From Chrysomallon squamiferum (Eukaryota; Animalia; Mollusca), in the NCBI GenBank assembly GCA_012295275.1, contig CM022665.1, positions 42,470,001-42,534,000 on the forward strand: a DNA stretch of 64,000 bases, given 5' to 3'. A program made the translations under genes and the position numbers. Numbering within the stretch: the first letter of the stretch is position 1; each line of letters opens with the position of its first letter. The notes beneath the pieces are model-generated. The model did no database searches and was not told where the DNA came from. It worked only from the letters and a program-made list of their open reading frames with translations. Of the stretch, positions 13,049-26,526 are shown one piece after another.

Positions 13049-13940
13049 CTAGATCTTAGATGTGACCCGATGACAATATGATGAATATCATGACATGCGA
13101 GTTTGAGTGTGAAGACGCCATTCACGATTTATTAATTTGTCATTTATTCCTAGATATGTAGATATTTTCTTATTTATATTTCACATAATTATTATCACCA
13201 ACAAGTCATCAATTTCTGCAAATAACTTGTAATGAATCCTTACTCTATAACCAAAAGAATCCCAATAAACTTAGCTAACAACACCGACAAGACGCCATTA
13301 ATGTTGGACGTTGACTAAATGTACGAAAGTCGTAAATAATATTTCATTATTTCAATTTATTTTATTACTATGATTACTTATTTTATCTTTCTTTCTTTCT
13401 TCTTTAAATAAAAAATAAAAACAAAACAAAACAAAAACAGTTTCATGTTATTATCTCTGCTATGTACTGAATTCAGTTAATATAGATTAAATATTTTAAG
13501 GATAGTTTACAGTTTATTTTTATTCTAATAATCTGCTGCTTGACTTTAAAAAACAAAATGTACACAAAAACATCTCGGTCGTATTAAACTTATGATTATT
13601 AAATGATATAGATAGCAAATAAAAATAAATACAAACCAAGAAATGTAGATTTTAATGGGTTTTTTTATTTTTCATATTGTAGTTACTGGTTGTTGTTTTT
13701 TTTCAACATAAATTTGCTGTAAGAGATAAATATATAGGCGTCGTCTGTTGAACGTGGGATTATCCATATGAAATACATTCATTCTAAAATACATAGACAC
13801 ACACTAAACAAGAAATAAAGTAAAATATCTGTATTAAATTTATGTTCCACACAAAACCACAAAACTTTAGATTCTAGCGGAGGGCGAGTTTCCAGTTAAA
13901 ATACGGCTTTCGTTCAATTAGTCATTGATTGCGCCACCTG
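13049..13940. promoter_or_regulatory. Probable bidirectional promoter and non-coding first exons of CLASRP (-) and the 284-aa gene (+)
   Basis: CpG-enriched patches in AT-rich DNA. Two identical YY1-like AATGGCGTCTT motifs on the minus strand (13112-13122, 13289-13299). Minus-strand donors at 13048 and 13243; plus-strand donor CTG|gtaact at 13941. Confidence 0.55.
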
Positions 13941-14438
13941 GTAACTCTTGCGCACAGTAGTATTTTATTTTTTATTTTTGGTTGTTCACGTGGGGAAAGT
14001 GATAACAAAAGTATTCGTATTGAGATTATTCTTTTATTTTTATTTTTTTCCCCCGCATATAAAATATTAGATGTTACATATAAATATTTTATTATTGTTA
14101 TTATTATTTTATTTACTTTTTTTTTTAATATATATATATATATATTTTTTTTTTGAGTAAAATAAAAAACAAATTTATAATTATATCCCATGATCAAGTC
14201 GCATCGGCGGTAAATTCGTTTTGGTTTTCCATTTGGACTTTCATGTTGTAAATTTCTCCAAATTGGTACCGGGGTAGACAGATTAATGGTTTTTCTTCTT
14301 TGTTTTTATTGTTACGTGTAGAAGGCCAATAATATTTTATTTTATTGCCATGAAAATCTATTTTTAATATTTTATAAAATTTATAAATAACTTTCCTCTT
14401 AATTTTTTTTTTTTTTTTTTTTATAGGCTACTTGTAAA

Positions 14439-15293
14439 ATGGCACTGGACAGTACAAGTCTTGATATTGGATTTTCAACAGAAATTGATTTAAATAGTGT
14501 TAGTAGCCACCAGGATTATTGTAATGCAGATGGAAATAGTTACTTGGATGTTTTGGCTTTGTGTGATTATAATGAGCCTGTAGTTAGTGTTCCAGATACA
14601 CAGAACAATATTTCTAATGAGGAACTTTGTGATACAATATGGGATTCATCAGAACAAAAAACATGTCAACCAAAATTCTCAGATTATCAAAAAAGGAAAT
14701 TAAAGGATTATGACATTAATGAAACAGGGATGAAATCATCGGGTCTTGTTAATAAGAAGAAGAAAACTGTCAAACACACAAACTTATTGAAACAGAAAAA
14801 CAAGAAGGCTGTTTGCAAATATGATTATACTGATTTCATTGAATTATTATCAGATGAGCCGCTTGATACTCCAATCCAAACCGTCCCACCAAATTCACCA
14901 TTTGATGGAATCAAAGTAGATTCATCATACAACAGTCCATTCATATCCTGTTTGCTTGAGATTCTTGAACAATCACAGATGAATAGTCCAAGCAAAGAAT
15001 GTAAAGAATCACCTTTTGTCAGCCAAGAGAATCTGTCTTCAAATCTTCCTCCCAGTTTCTGCACAAATGATGAATCTCCATGTCCAGATATACTGTGTCC
15101 AGCAAGTCCCTGCAACTATCGGATATCTGTCCAGGCACTTGACGACCATGTTGTACCTCAGTTAAATCATCCAGAAGATCAGAACACTCATGTTTCTGAT
15201 ATATTTTATGAGATGTCTACGTCAAGTCATTTCAGAGTATTGCAGTCTTGTACTAGCCTTGATCACATTGTTCCAGACTTCATAGAAGAATAG
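14439..15293 (+). CDS. Uncharacterised 284-aa acidic, Ser/Pro-rich, probably nuclear protein (single coding exon)
   Basis: 855-nt stop-free ORF in very AT-rich DNA. A strong poly-T acceptor (tttatag) lies just before AAAATGG. Basic NLS-like stretch KRKLKD...KKKKTVK, many SP sites, and a long U-rich downstream region. Confidence 0.8.
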   Translation: MALDSTSLDIGFSTEIDLNSVSSHQDYCNADGNSYLDVLALCDYNEPVVSVPDTQNNISNEELCDTIWDSSEQKTCQPKFSDYQKRKLKDYDINETGMKSSGLVNKKKKTVKHTNLLKQKNKKAVCKYDYTDFIELLSDEPLDTPIQTVPPNSPFDGIKVDSSYNSPFISCLLEILEQSQMNSPSKECKESPFVSQENLSSNLPPSFCTNDESPCPDILCPASPCNYRISVQALDDHVVPQLNHPEDQNTHVSDIFYEMSTSSHFRVLQSCTSLDHIVPDFIEE

Positions 15294-17773
15294 AATAGAA
15301 AAAATTACAGTTTTGACATAAATCATAAATTGTAATACAGAAAAATAGTTAAATACCTTTTATATATATATATATCTTTTGATATTCTGCAAAAAATTAT
15401 TCCAGTAATAAAGCAACAAAGATAGCATAACAAGTTCCTAAAATGTATAAAATTACAGTATTTATATTTTTCTCATCCATGAAAAAGTATTGTCATAATT
15501 TAGTACTAGTAAAGATCGATGTTAAATATTTTGGAAATGTACAAAATATATTTATGCAATATCTATAGATTTGACTTGGTTATTGAACAAAAGTGACATT
15601 GTTTATTTAACTTATGTTACAAACATAGATGCCAGTATTGTATTCATTGTCTTAAGATCAAGATAACTTGGGCATACTATATTGTCATAGTTTTTATGAT
15701 GAATATATAGAAAGGGGTTATTAACTTTTTCATGTTACAGATTTTTTTTATGCAAAAAATAATATGTAATATTTATTACATAAATTATTATGTATACCTT
15801 TTATGAAATAGGAAATTTAAAAATTTAAGTTGTTGAAAAAGTAGTGAACCAAAAAAGAAGTCATAGTTTTGCATTCTGCAACAGATTTTTATTGGTCAGT
15901 GAAATGTAAGTGGCATTTAATGTGAATGTGTGTGTGTGTGTGTGTGTTTGTTTGTGTGATCATCTTTACTACCCATTTATGCAGTTTCTTTTCAGTTAAA
16001 TCACATGGAAAGGAACCTTCTACAGTTTCATTATAGGTTTTAAACAAATTTATTTGTTTATCAAGAGTAAGATGAAGTTATATTTATACTTTGAAGATCA
16101 TTTACCTTAGTTTAGTTGTAGAAACAAGAAATCAAGATAAATAATAATAATAAATATTACATATTTAAATAATACTTTCAGTTCTATAGTTAACCAAAAT
16201 GAGTGTGAGTTTATATATGGATTATCTGAGCCCAGATAATTTTGATATTCCATAAAAATATTTATTTTTATTATTGCTAAAAACACACACTTTGCCACTA
16301 TCTGAATCTGCACTTATTTTTATTGGTTGTTTGTATCACAATTTAACAACAACCTTTTTATCTGGATAGATGATTGCGAAGATAAAGTTACACAGTGTCT
16401 AACATAACATGTTTCATATAAATTATTTTATCCATTTATCAATAAAAGTAATCTTTTTCTTTATCATAAAATAGTTGCAGTATGCTATGTGATCCTGATA
16501 TTAAACATAGATATAACTGGAATTTTTTTATATGCATATTTGTTTCCCCACCCTCTTTATGTGCTATTAAAATGTTTACATTTTTTTCTTGATCACTGAC
16601 AGGTAGGAGGGGGGATTATTGTTTTTTTATGTAAAAATAACATCACATTTTTGTTATTAGTTGCCAGATAAAGGCACCAAATAATATGTTATTATCTGAA
16701 AATAATATGAATGTGTTAGTGAGCAGTGCTCAAGGTCATGCTTATTTGTTGTTTTGTTTTTTTAATATTTACACATTAGTTTATATTTGTTGTTTGTTAA
16801 TGCAATTTATTTAAGTTTGAAAGAATTTATATTTAAAGTGATATTTTCTTGAATGTTAACTATTGTTATGGTTATTTTATTTTTCAGAGTTAAATATGAT
16901 AATTTTATTATTTGTGCTGATATCTTAAAGACATATAACTTGTGATACTGCTGTCAGTGGTACTAATATTAATACATTCTGCATACTTTCACATGTAATT
17001 GTTTAAAACCTGGGGTCAGCCTTTACTATTAATAAAGCATAATAATAATTTTTAAATGTTAATCATGGACTGGCAAAGTTGTTGATGTGAGTCTGAAAAT
17101 GGTTGAAAAATTATCAAAGATTATTTTCCTTTAAATAGAGAAATTTATTATAATAAAATATTTATTTATTTTGTATCCTTGGGGATTGATGAGAGTACAT
17201 GGATTCCATAAAGAGTTTATATGTTTAATTTTTGTTATTATTATTATTTTATTATTTTTAATTTATTTATTTTTGGTTTTAAATTGACAAATTTTATTAT
17301 TATCAGAGGTTGCTCTTCAGTTTAAAACAATCACATTGAAAGAAAACAAAATGTATGTATATGCCACATCTTCATTCAGTCCATATTTATGAACTCAGCA
17401 TATTACTGTGATTCAGTTTTAACTATTTACAATTATTTATTAAAATGCTTGTTCCAGTTAAAATAAAATTGATTATTTGTTAAAGAGCATTGTTGTTTTC
17501 TTGTGGGTTTTTTTTTTTCTCTCTCTCTCTCTCTCTCTCTCTCCATCTTTATTTTAAGTGCAGTAGTACTTTGAACTAACCAGAAGCTTACAATCAAGAT
17601 TATATAGATACAGATAAAGATCAAGAGGCTATTTAAGCATTGATAAAAACGTGAATGAATTTAGTAAACAATGAAGGTTGTTTATCATTTAATGCAATAA
17701 AACAACAGCAATGATTGGTTTCAGTATTGTGAATTTGTTGTGCATTTTATTCTTAAAATAAATGCAGGTATTT

Positions 17774-17777
<4 letters not shown>

Positions 17778-17812
<35 letters not shown>
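17778..17812. repeat. (CT)n microsatellite
   Basis: Direct run; a second one lies at about 17518-17543. Confidence 0.95.
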
Positions 17813-17815
<3 letters not shown>

Positions 17816-17845
17816 GTCTTCCTAACCTGTAATTATGAAACAGAA

Positions 17846-18010
17846 CTAACTGCCCTTGATTTACTCTGCAGGCTTGAGTGAAAGGCTGGAGATAAACGCC
17901 TGGTTTGCCGTCTAGTTGAGTATTACGTCATGCCAACAGTACGCGGGGTGGGGCCAGCTGCAGTAGGCTGAATAAACTATACTGTCCATTGTCAGTTGTT
18001 TTTGTTGTTT
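17846..18010 (+). promoter_or_regulatory. GC-rich element: upstream promoter/enhancer or small terminal exon
   Basis: Contains TTACGTCA (CRE-like), GGGGTGGGG and TCAGTT (Inr-like). Also has ctaac...ctctgcag (acceptor ending 17871) and AATAAA at 17971 with a GT-rich tail. Confidence 0.35.
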
Positions 18011-18375
18011 TTTAAATCAGCTGATTTGCCTATTAATAACTGGACATACAAGTTAAAACGTACAAATTCCTTGTTGTTAATTCGTTTAACTATCGATTTT
18101 TCATTAATCCACAAAACGTGGCTAAAGTTTGGTCAACCTAAAAACCTAGCCTACATAATTCCAATGACTAAATTTAGTACATGTATTATTTTGACGTGGC
18201 TAGTAGTTTTACCAGATTGTATATGAATTAGATACAATAAAATGTATAGGCAATATATTTTACAGAACTATAAATTATTAATACGCGGTAAATCACCAGA
18301 TGATGAAATTAATCATTATTAAACGTTTTCATTAAACATTTCAAAATGGTACAAATTAATGTTGTGACAACATAA

Positions 18376-18420
<45 letters not shown>
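18376..18420. repeat. (AAT)n microsatellite
   Basis: Direct run. Confidence 0.95.
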
Positions 18421-19333
18421 TTATTTATTTATTTTTTATTTTATTTTTTATTTTTTTAAATAAGAATTTGAAAAAACGAAAAAGAAATGTTCATTTCATG
18501 TTACATGGCCAAAATACATCATGAAACCCGATTTAGATAACTCATGTATCGATACCGAATTTCCCGTTACACACAAAACCAAATACAAAGAATCATTCTT
18601 TACGGTGGTCTGTTGGGGACAAATCCAGTAGTAAAATGTAACAAAGGCTTCCTGTATCAAAATTAATAAAATATGACTTGCAGGCTAACTTTCTTTAAAT
18701 AACTAATCTAGCAAAGATGATTGAATAGTTTCGTCTACATTACGTTTCTTTAAAGTTAAATAATGAAAAATTCTTGTTTATGGAGGTCTCATAAGAAGAA
18801 ATTTCTCCATGGCTCTGTTGAACTTATACTAGAAGAGAAACCTGAATAAATTACAAATATCTCAGTTCGCTTCTATCTATTTTGTCTAGTTCATTTACAT
18901 TTCGTGTTTTTCATGAAAAACTCATATATTTGAGAGTATGTGCATTTATCGAACGAAAATAATTTAATAAGTAAGTATTTGCATTTTATATGTTTTGAAG
19001 TTGCCAAAAAAGATCTGGCGGAACTAGGTTGACTGTATGTATCCGCCGACATGGTATTATAAATATTACAGTTAAGAAATATATACAACAAACTTAAATG
19101 AAACAATATCCATAAGTATCATTATTTGTATATATATTCAACTGTCATTTGTAAATGTTGTGTAGTAGACAATAACACATTTTCCCTTTGGAACTACTTT
19201 CTGTACCTGACCACACAACAGTCTCTTCCTTTGCTTGCCTGTGTTCAGAACGTCGGAGCACTAAGTCGTCAAAATTGAACGAATTCAGCTTAGAACTCGA
19301 AGAAAAGGTACCCCGGGTACCCAGGAGTACGAT

Positions 19334-21869
19334 ATGGTAATGGCAGACAGAAATGCTGACGACTATCGCAATGGGAGGCCATCTAGAGGGGCCAGTCCAA
19401 ATTCTGAGGATAGTAGCGGTGATGATTCCGACCAAGGTGAGTTTTGGCGATTATCCGTTGAAGTTCTCCATAGAAAAATACTGAAACTCGTTTTTTTTAA
19501 TATTATTTAATTAGTAAAAAATTTAGTTGACCCTCAGTATTTTTTTCTCTTCAGAAAATGGAATGAGAGTTGGTGATGAATATCAGGCCGAGATACCAGA
19601 AATAAATACCGGTAGGTAAATACGGGGTAAATGTTGCATGTACACATTGGCGCATGTGATCTATTTTTAGACTATTTAGATCAGTCACTGAAGCTAGTAC
19701 AGTACGTAGAACGGGAGGAGTGGCTTGCATATACACTATAATTTATATGGTTCATTCTCTTATCAATAAATTTCTGTATATTTTTCCATCACTGTTGTTA
19801 GCGTTATTATTAATGCACATAAATAAAAATAAAACAACAAAAACAGCCTGCGATTATGCCCGGATTTATATATTTTTTTAAATTTCGAAATAATTTTATT
19901 CATTAATTTTCATTAATGTATGTTGTATGTATATTATATTTCTTTCGTTTTGTTGTTTATTTTCTTTTCTCTCCTTTTTATTATTTTTTTTTTCACACTG
20001 GGGAAAAGTAACAATATATTCTCTGCAGTGTAAATTATCTGAACCAAAAGTCTTGATAATGAACCAACTTTTTTTTATAAGCTAAATTACTTATTTTTTT
20101 GTAAATTAAAATGCAAATAAAATAAATACGAACAACATCAAGTGACAGACAATGCCCACATGTATACCTCTTTTTTTCATAAGTTAAAAGAAATTTATTT
20201 GCATAAGAAATTAAATTTAAAAAATAAAAACACAGTCCAGAGCTTTCTATTTAGTGTAATGAATAACTGTTTCATTAATAATTTAGAAAGGATTTTTACA
20301 ACATTGAAATAAAATAAAAAGTCAGTTGTTAATAATATTTAAAAAGATAACATAAATACATGTTTCTAAATCAATCACACTAATTATTGCTACAGTTCAA
20401 ATTAATTTTTTTTTATTTTTTTTCTCCATTTGTGTTTGACAGTTTAGAAGTGAGAAATACAGTAAAACTTTTTTTTTCAGTGTAATTTGTTTCATTATTT
20501 TTCAAAAACAATTATTGGGATAGTTTTCTTAATTACAGAGATTAACACTGACTATATTATTTATTCACTATCTTATATTGCAGCAACTCGAAATGATTCT
20601 AGAACAGATGCCATGCTTGTTTGGGCTCCATCGAATGAGATGGAGGACATCAAAAGTAAGTCATGTTTAACTGACAGGAATGGTTTCTGAAAAATACATT
20701 TTTGTGTGTGTGTGTGTGTATGTACACATACAAAATCTTTTACAGGAAATCAGAAAAAAGAATTTCTTGTTATTTTGTAATATGTCACTTGTATAATTAT
20801 GTACATTATATGCATTTGTGCATACAAACATTCACTGATACAGGTAGTTTTATTTAAAAGTTTTCTTACAAATAAACTTTACAGTGTATCTCTAAAGTTT
20901 TTTGCATTGGGGATAGTTGACTTGCAAAATGAGTACAGAAAATATTTTGAAAACAGAAAAAAAAATATATTTTTAACTGGTAGAAAGGTAATTATAATTT
21001 TTTACTGTTATTTTGTATTCTATGTAATCACCATTCATAAACAGAGTTTATTAAAATAAAAAAAATAATGTTTGGAAGCAGCAGAATTGGATTTACACAA
21101 AACAGTTTGTTTTTCTATATAATATGTAGAATATAAAAGGCACCTATAAGTCCACATGATAGAAATATGTTGAGACCTGGAAGAAATGAAAGGACTAATT
21201 TCTATCATTAAATTATAATGTATCTCAACTTTTAAAATAATAGAAACAAATTTGTCAAATGAAATGGATAACTTAGTCAAAACATTGAAAACATTTTATA
21301 GCAGTGAACAAAGGGAGCTTACTCTTACTTTTTGCAATTTTGTAGGATAATAATCATTAGGTTTTGGATCTGTTTCTATTTCCTTTTTTTTGTTATTGCT
21401 TTTTTTCTTTTTTTGATTTTTGGTAAATTTATTTTAAATAAAGCCAGATGTAGGAAAGTTAAGTAACATTTTTGTAAGATTAACAAAAGGGCAAGTTCTG
21501 TGTCCTGTAATTATTATTTAGTTATTGTTATTGTTATGAAAGTTTTAAAAATTCCAGCATTATTTTACTCTTTTCAGTTGATGAATATACAACTATTGCC
21601 AAAGAAAAACATGGCTACAATACAGAACAGGTGGGTCAATGCAAATGAAAATGTAAATATATTTTTCAAATCTGTATTTTTGTAAAAGTGAGTAAAATTA
21701 ATTTAGCACTAAACTAAATCTTAATTCTAATATTCTGTGATAACTGTATTTCATCAAAAGCTTTGAATAATTTAAAGAATTATAATAATTAACTGCTTCT
21801 TATTTTCACTAATTTTTTATTATTATTTATTTATTTATTTATTATTATTATTATTTATTATTATTTATT

Positions 21870-21917
<48 letters not shown>

Positions 21918-24810
21918 TTATTATTTATTTATTTATTTATTTATATACATATGTACAGAGAGAGAAAAAAAATAAAAGCCAACATTGTAATAAATTAAAA
22001 TGATTTCTTTTAAATGTTCTTTTCTCTTAGAATTTTTATTGCACTTCAGGCTTTGGGGATGTTATTTTGGCACAAACACAACGTGGACCGAGCGCTCGCA
22101 GACTTGGCCAATTTCACACCATTTCCAGATGAGTGGACAGTGGAGGACAAAGTTCTGTTTGAACAGGCCTTCAGTTTTCATGGCAAGAGTTTCCACAGAA
22201 TACGACAAATGGTAAAAAATATAAAACTTCAGCAGTCCTACAGCTTAAAATGTATACATTTTTTTTTTTTTTTTTTACTGTTTAAATTTTTAACAGACTT
22301 TATTAATTAACAGTTATATAGGTTCATTTGTGACGTACATTTGATAACCTTTTTGTTTACTAATCATGCTAATCTGATAGGCACAAGATTAGCCATAATA
22401 TTATTTCTTCTAATACAGGTATTCCTTCCCCAGGTGATGTAATTCAAATATGCAGGAAAAATAACTGTGATGAAAATAAAAGTCTGATGTGTAGTTTTTA
22501 TTGTAAATTTTGATTGAGACAGTTTCTGTTAAAAGCAAAACTGTTAACAAACCATTGAAATATTAGAATAGTTCCTATACCTTTATGACATTTTTTGGTG
22601 TGTTTATTTATTTATTTTTTTAAATTGTAAAAAAAAAAAAAAAAAAAAATTCCTTTATTTACATTACTATGCTGTTAACTTGTTGTTTCAGTATTGTGTC
22701 AGTTAATTTAAAAAAATTATATTATTTCATACTGCAGCTGCCAGACAAGTCAATAGCAGCACTGGTGAAGTATTACTACTCCTGGAAGAAGACGAGATCT
22801 CGAACAAGTCTGATGGACAGACAGGCAAAACGACTTCACAGTCAGCGAGGCACAGACAGGTACATTTTACTTGTCTCTCACAACAAATTTACAGCTAATA
22901 CTTCTACTTTGATATTTAAGTGTGCATATTTTCTGGCCAGTAATAAGCTATTCTGAGTAGGGGTTACAGATCCCATATAATATTTATGAAAAACAAAATA
23001 ATAATAAAAGATTGGATTGTTTGTTGAAGAGACTTAAAGGAGAATGGACATTTTCATCTAGAACAAATAATAATGGTCAATATTTTAGGTTGTGCTTTTG
23101 TTATTATTTATTAAATAATCCATCATTCTAATTTGATATGCATGAGTTAAATCATACTGTTATATACTCTGTGCTTTAACTGGTGATGAAATCTAATAAT
23201 GTAAGATGAGAATTAAAAGAGAATAAACATTTTCATCTAGAAAAAAAGTATAAAAGGCAGTATTTGAGGTTTTGATTTTGATCAGGCAGCATAAATATTT
23301 TCATTGTCATTGTCATTATGATTATTATTTATTTATTTTAATTTTTTTTTATTTTTATTTTTATTTTATTTTATTATTTTTGTTATTATTTCTTTAACTC
23401 CATCATGGCAATATAATCTTAGTGTCCGGTATTCAGTTGATTTTATTATTGAATAGTGTTATTTGTTATAGTATGTAGAGTTTATTAAAAAGTGTTTATA
23501 TCTTTTCATTCAAACAGTGATTTGTCAGATGAAGGTGAAAGGCTGTCTGACAGTGACAGTGAAACTAAAGAAAATGGGGTAAGTTGACAGTTGATCAATT
23601 TACAGACACAAATATAATATTTTAATATATTTACATTGTAGGAATAAATGAATATGAATTTATGCTCAGTAATAACAAAGGTTATTTAACAAGTAACAGC
23701 TCAGTCAACGCCCTTACATGGTTTGTTATGTTTGTGTATGTGTAAGACTGAAGATACAAGGTTTGTTATGTTTGTGTGTGTGGTTAGTACTGAACCTGCC
23801 TTACAAGAAAGGCTATTTACCAGTTTTGAAAATAACCTACCTTGTGTGTAACATTGAACCTACCTTACAAGGTTTGTTTTGTTTATATGTGTACAAGATT
23901 AACGTTTGTGTATGTGTGATGCTGAACCTACCTTACAAGATTAGTTACGTTTGTATGTGTGTAATACTGAACCTACCTTACAAGGTTTGTTATGTTTTTG
24001 TGTGTAATACTGAACCTGCCTTACAAGGTTTGTTATGTTTGTGTGTGTGTAATACTGAACCTACCTTACAAGGTTTGTTATGTTTGTATGTGTGTAATAC
24101 TGAACCTACCTTACAAGGTTTGTTACGTTTGTATGTGTGTAATACTGAACTGCCTTACAAATGTGTGTGTGTGTGTGTGTGGGTTGTTACCTTACAAGGG
24201 TTGTTATGTTTTGTGTGTGTAGTATTAAAGGTTTTTCATTTTAATTGTGTATTTACATGTTGTTGTTTTCAGACTGTTGACAGGGACCATTGTAACAACT
24301 GTAAAGTTAAAACTTCTCAGATTCACGTCACACCCAAAGGTTCTCTGTGTAACTTCTGTTATCAGTACTGGAGGTGAGACTTTTAAAATATTTGTGTACA
24401 GTATTTTCTGGAGTGGCCGTAATTTACTCGGCAGTGTTTCAGGACCTAATATATATATATCTACATATATATATATATCTACATATACATATAGAAAAAA
24501 TCCCTTTATTTTAAATAATTCTATATATTCTAATTAGAAATTTGCAGTTAATGGTAGTTTTGGTAATGTGAAATAATAAATAAAAATATACATATGTATT
24601 TTATTTTACAACAGTAGTTTTAGTTTTCTGTTGAGTATGTCAGTGTTTCTTTGTTTTTGCAGTAGGTTTAAAATTTCTGATTATGGTGACAGTTACTTTA
24701 ATTTTTTTTTTTTTTTTTCAATTCTTGATTTGAAACTGTGAGACCTTGTGATAGCATATTGAAAAACAAACACAAAAAAAACCTCCTTATATTCTCCTTA
24801 TTTTTAAAGA

Positions 24811-24842
<32 letters not shown>

Positions 24843-26391
24843 CTTTTTGCTAGTTTATATCTGAGTTAAAATTTAATTTTGTCATGATATTATTTTTCAG
24901 ACGGACTGGTTTCATGCGACCACAGGGTTCAAAACGTCACGAACAGCACATGGTTCGAGCTCACCCGATGAAACACAAAAGGAAACCACCGAAGGGAATG
25001 TTCCTCACCAAGGAAGACATGCTGGCCATGTTGACTGGTCCAGCTGCTCAGCCAGAAGCCATTTTGAAATCACTCGATGCCGAACACATTGCTCTGAAAC
25101 GTGAGGTGAGAATTATTTTAGACTTTATGAGCAACAGGATGAAATGTTGTTTTTGCTTTTTGTTTTGTTTTTTTTCTGAAGGGGAGAGGTTTGTTTAGCT
25201 GAGGAAGATGTTGTTTTTAAGGTGCACAGCAATTAAAATTGCAGATATTATGAAGAGCTTTAATGACAATAGGATAACAATAAAAATAAAGTTTTAAAAA
25301 TATTTATATTATATTTGTAAATATGAGACTTTATTTTATTTTTTTATTATTATTATGGTGTACATTAAAAAATATTTAATGTTTAGTGGTGAAACAATTT
25401 TTTTTTTATAATTGATTTTATTTTTTTCTAATGTTAATCATATTATTAATTTGTATATTTTTTGTCATTTTACTTGTTTAATTGTGTGTGTCTGAGAGAG
25501 AATTGTTAATGCATAGAGTCAGATGGACAGTTAAAGATGTGCTTAGTGAGTGAATTATTTTTATTTATTATTCAGGTTCAAAGCAATAAACAGATGATCA
25601 GTTTTCAAAAAGAGAAGTTGGGAAATGGAATAAAAGAGTTCCAGCCTCCAGAGGTGAGTTCAGCTGCTTACCTCCCATGTAGAATCAACTACATGTTTAT
25701 ATCCAGTGAACTGTAAACCTCTTCTGCTCTAACATACATTTTACAGGAGCATTCAGTATCAGCCCAAAACAGTAGTATTATGTTAGTGTGTTAGAAAATC
25801 TGGTTTAAGAAAATGATTCAGACTTACTACTTCTGAATAGATAACAAAGTTTGTTAGTCTAAAATGAAATAAATTTAATTTTTAATTTTATTTTTATTTT
25901 CCAGGCTCCGTTCAAAATCAATGCAAGATGGACAAATGAAGAATTACTGCTAGCTGTTCAAGGTAATGTATGTCATAAAAACTAGTGACTTAGAGTTACT
26001 TGAAAGAGACCATATTTTATTAAAAGATTTCCTATGTTTTTATGTTCTTTGTATTTTGATAAAACTACCACACTGTGTTCTGTATCTGGATCATTTCCCA
26101 TTCACAAATTGGAGGTGGTCTTCATAAACATGAAAACTTTCTTGTCAGAGATTAATTACTACTAATCTACAAAAATTTCCTCTTTCTTATCTTCATTATA
26201 CAAAAATCATAAATATAATATCTTTGCTACTAAAATATTCTTACATTATTTTGTTATTTCTTAATTTCTAATAAACCACCATCCTAAAAAAGAACAGAAA
26301 AAAAAGAAACTCATTAAAAAAAATAACAAGCTGCAGGTATGATTAAATGAAAGTGAATTGCCAGCATTTTTAAAAGTGTGTTTGTGTCTGT

Positions 26392-26450
<59 letters not shown>

Positions 26451-26459
26451 TACTATTAC

Positions 26460-26526
<67 letters not shown>

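Noticed and set aside
14825-15115. Antisense 96-aa ORF
   Set aside because: Shadow of the 284-aa ORF with no independent support.
15294-17870. Intronic or UTR snoRNA or miRNA
   Set aside because: No convincing C/D box pair with a terminal stem and no long hairpin found by eye; an Infernal/Rfam scan would be needed.
23711-24225. CRISPR-like periodic repeat with palindrome
   Set aside because: Units are contiguous with no unique spacers, there are no cas genes, and it lies in a eukaryotic intron.
23718-24377. 219-aa Cys/Val-rich ORF
   Set aside because: It is a translation of the 42-bp minisatellite; only its last 101 nt are the real RCOR exon.
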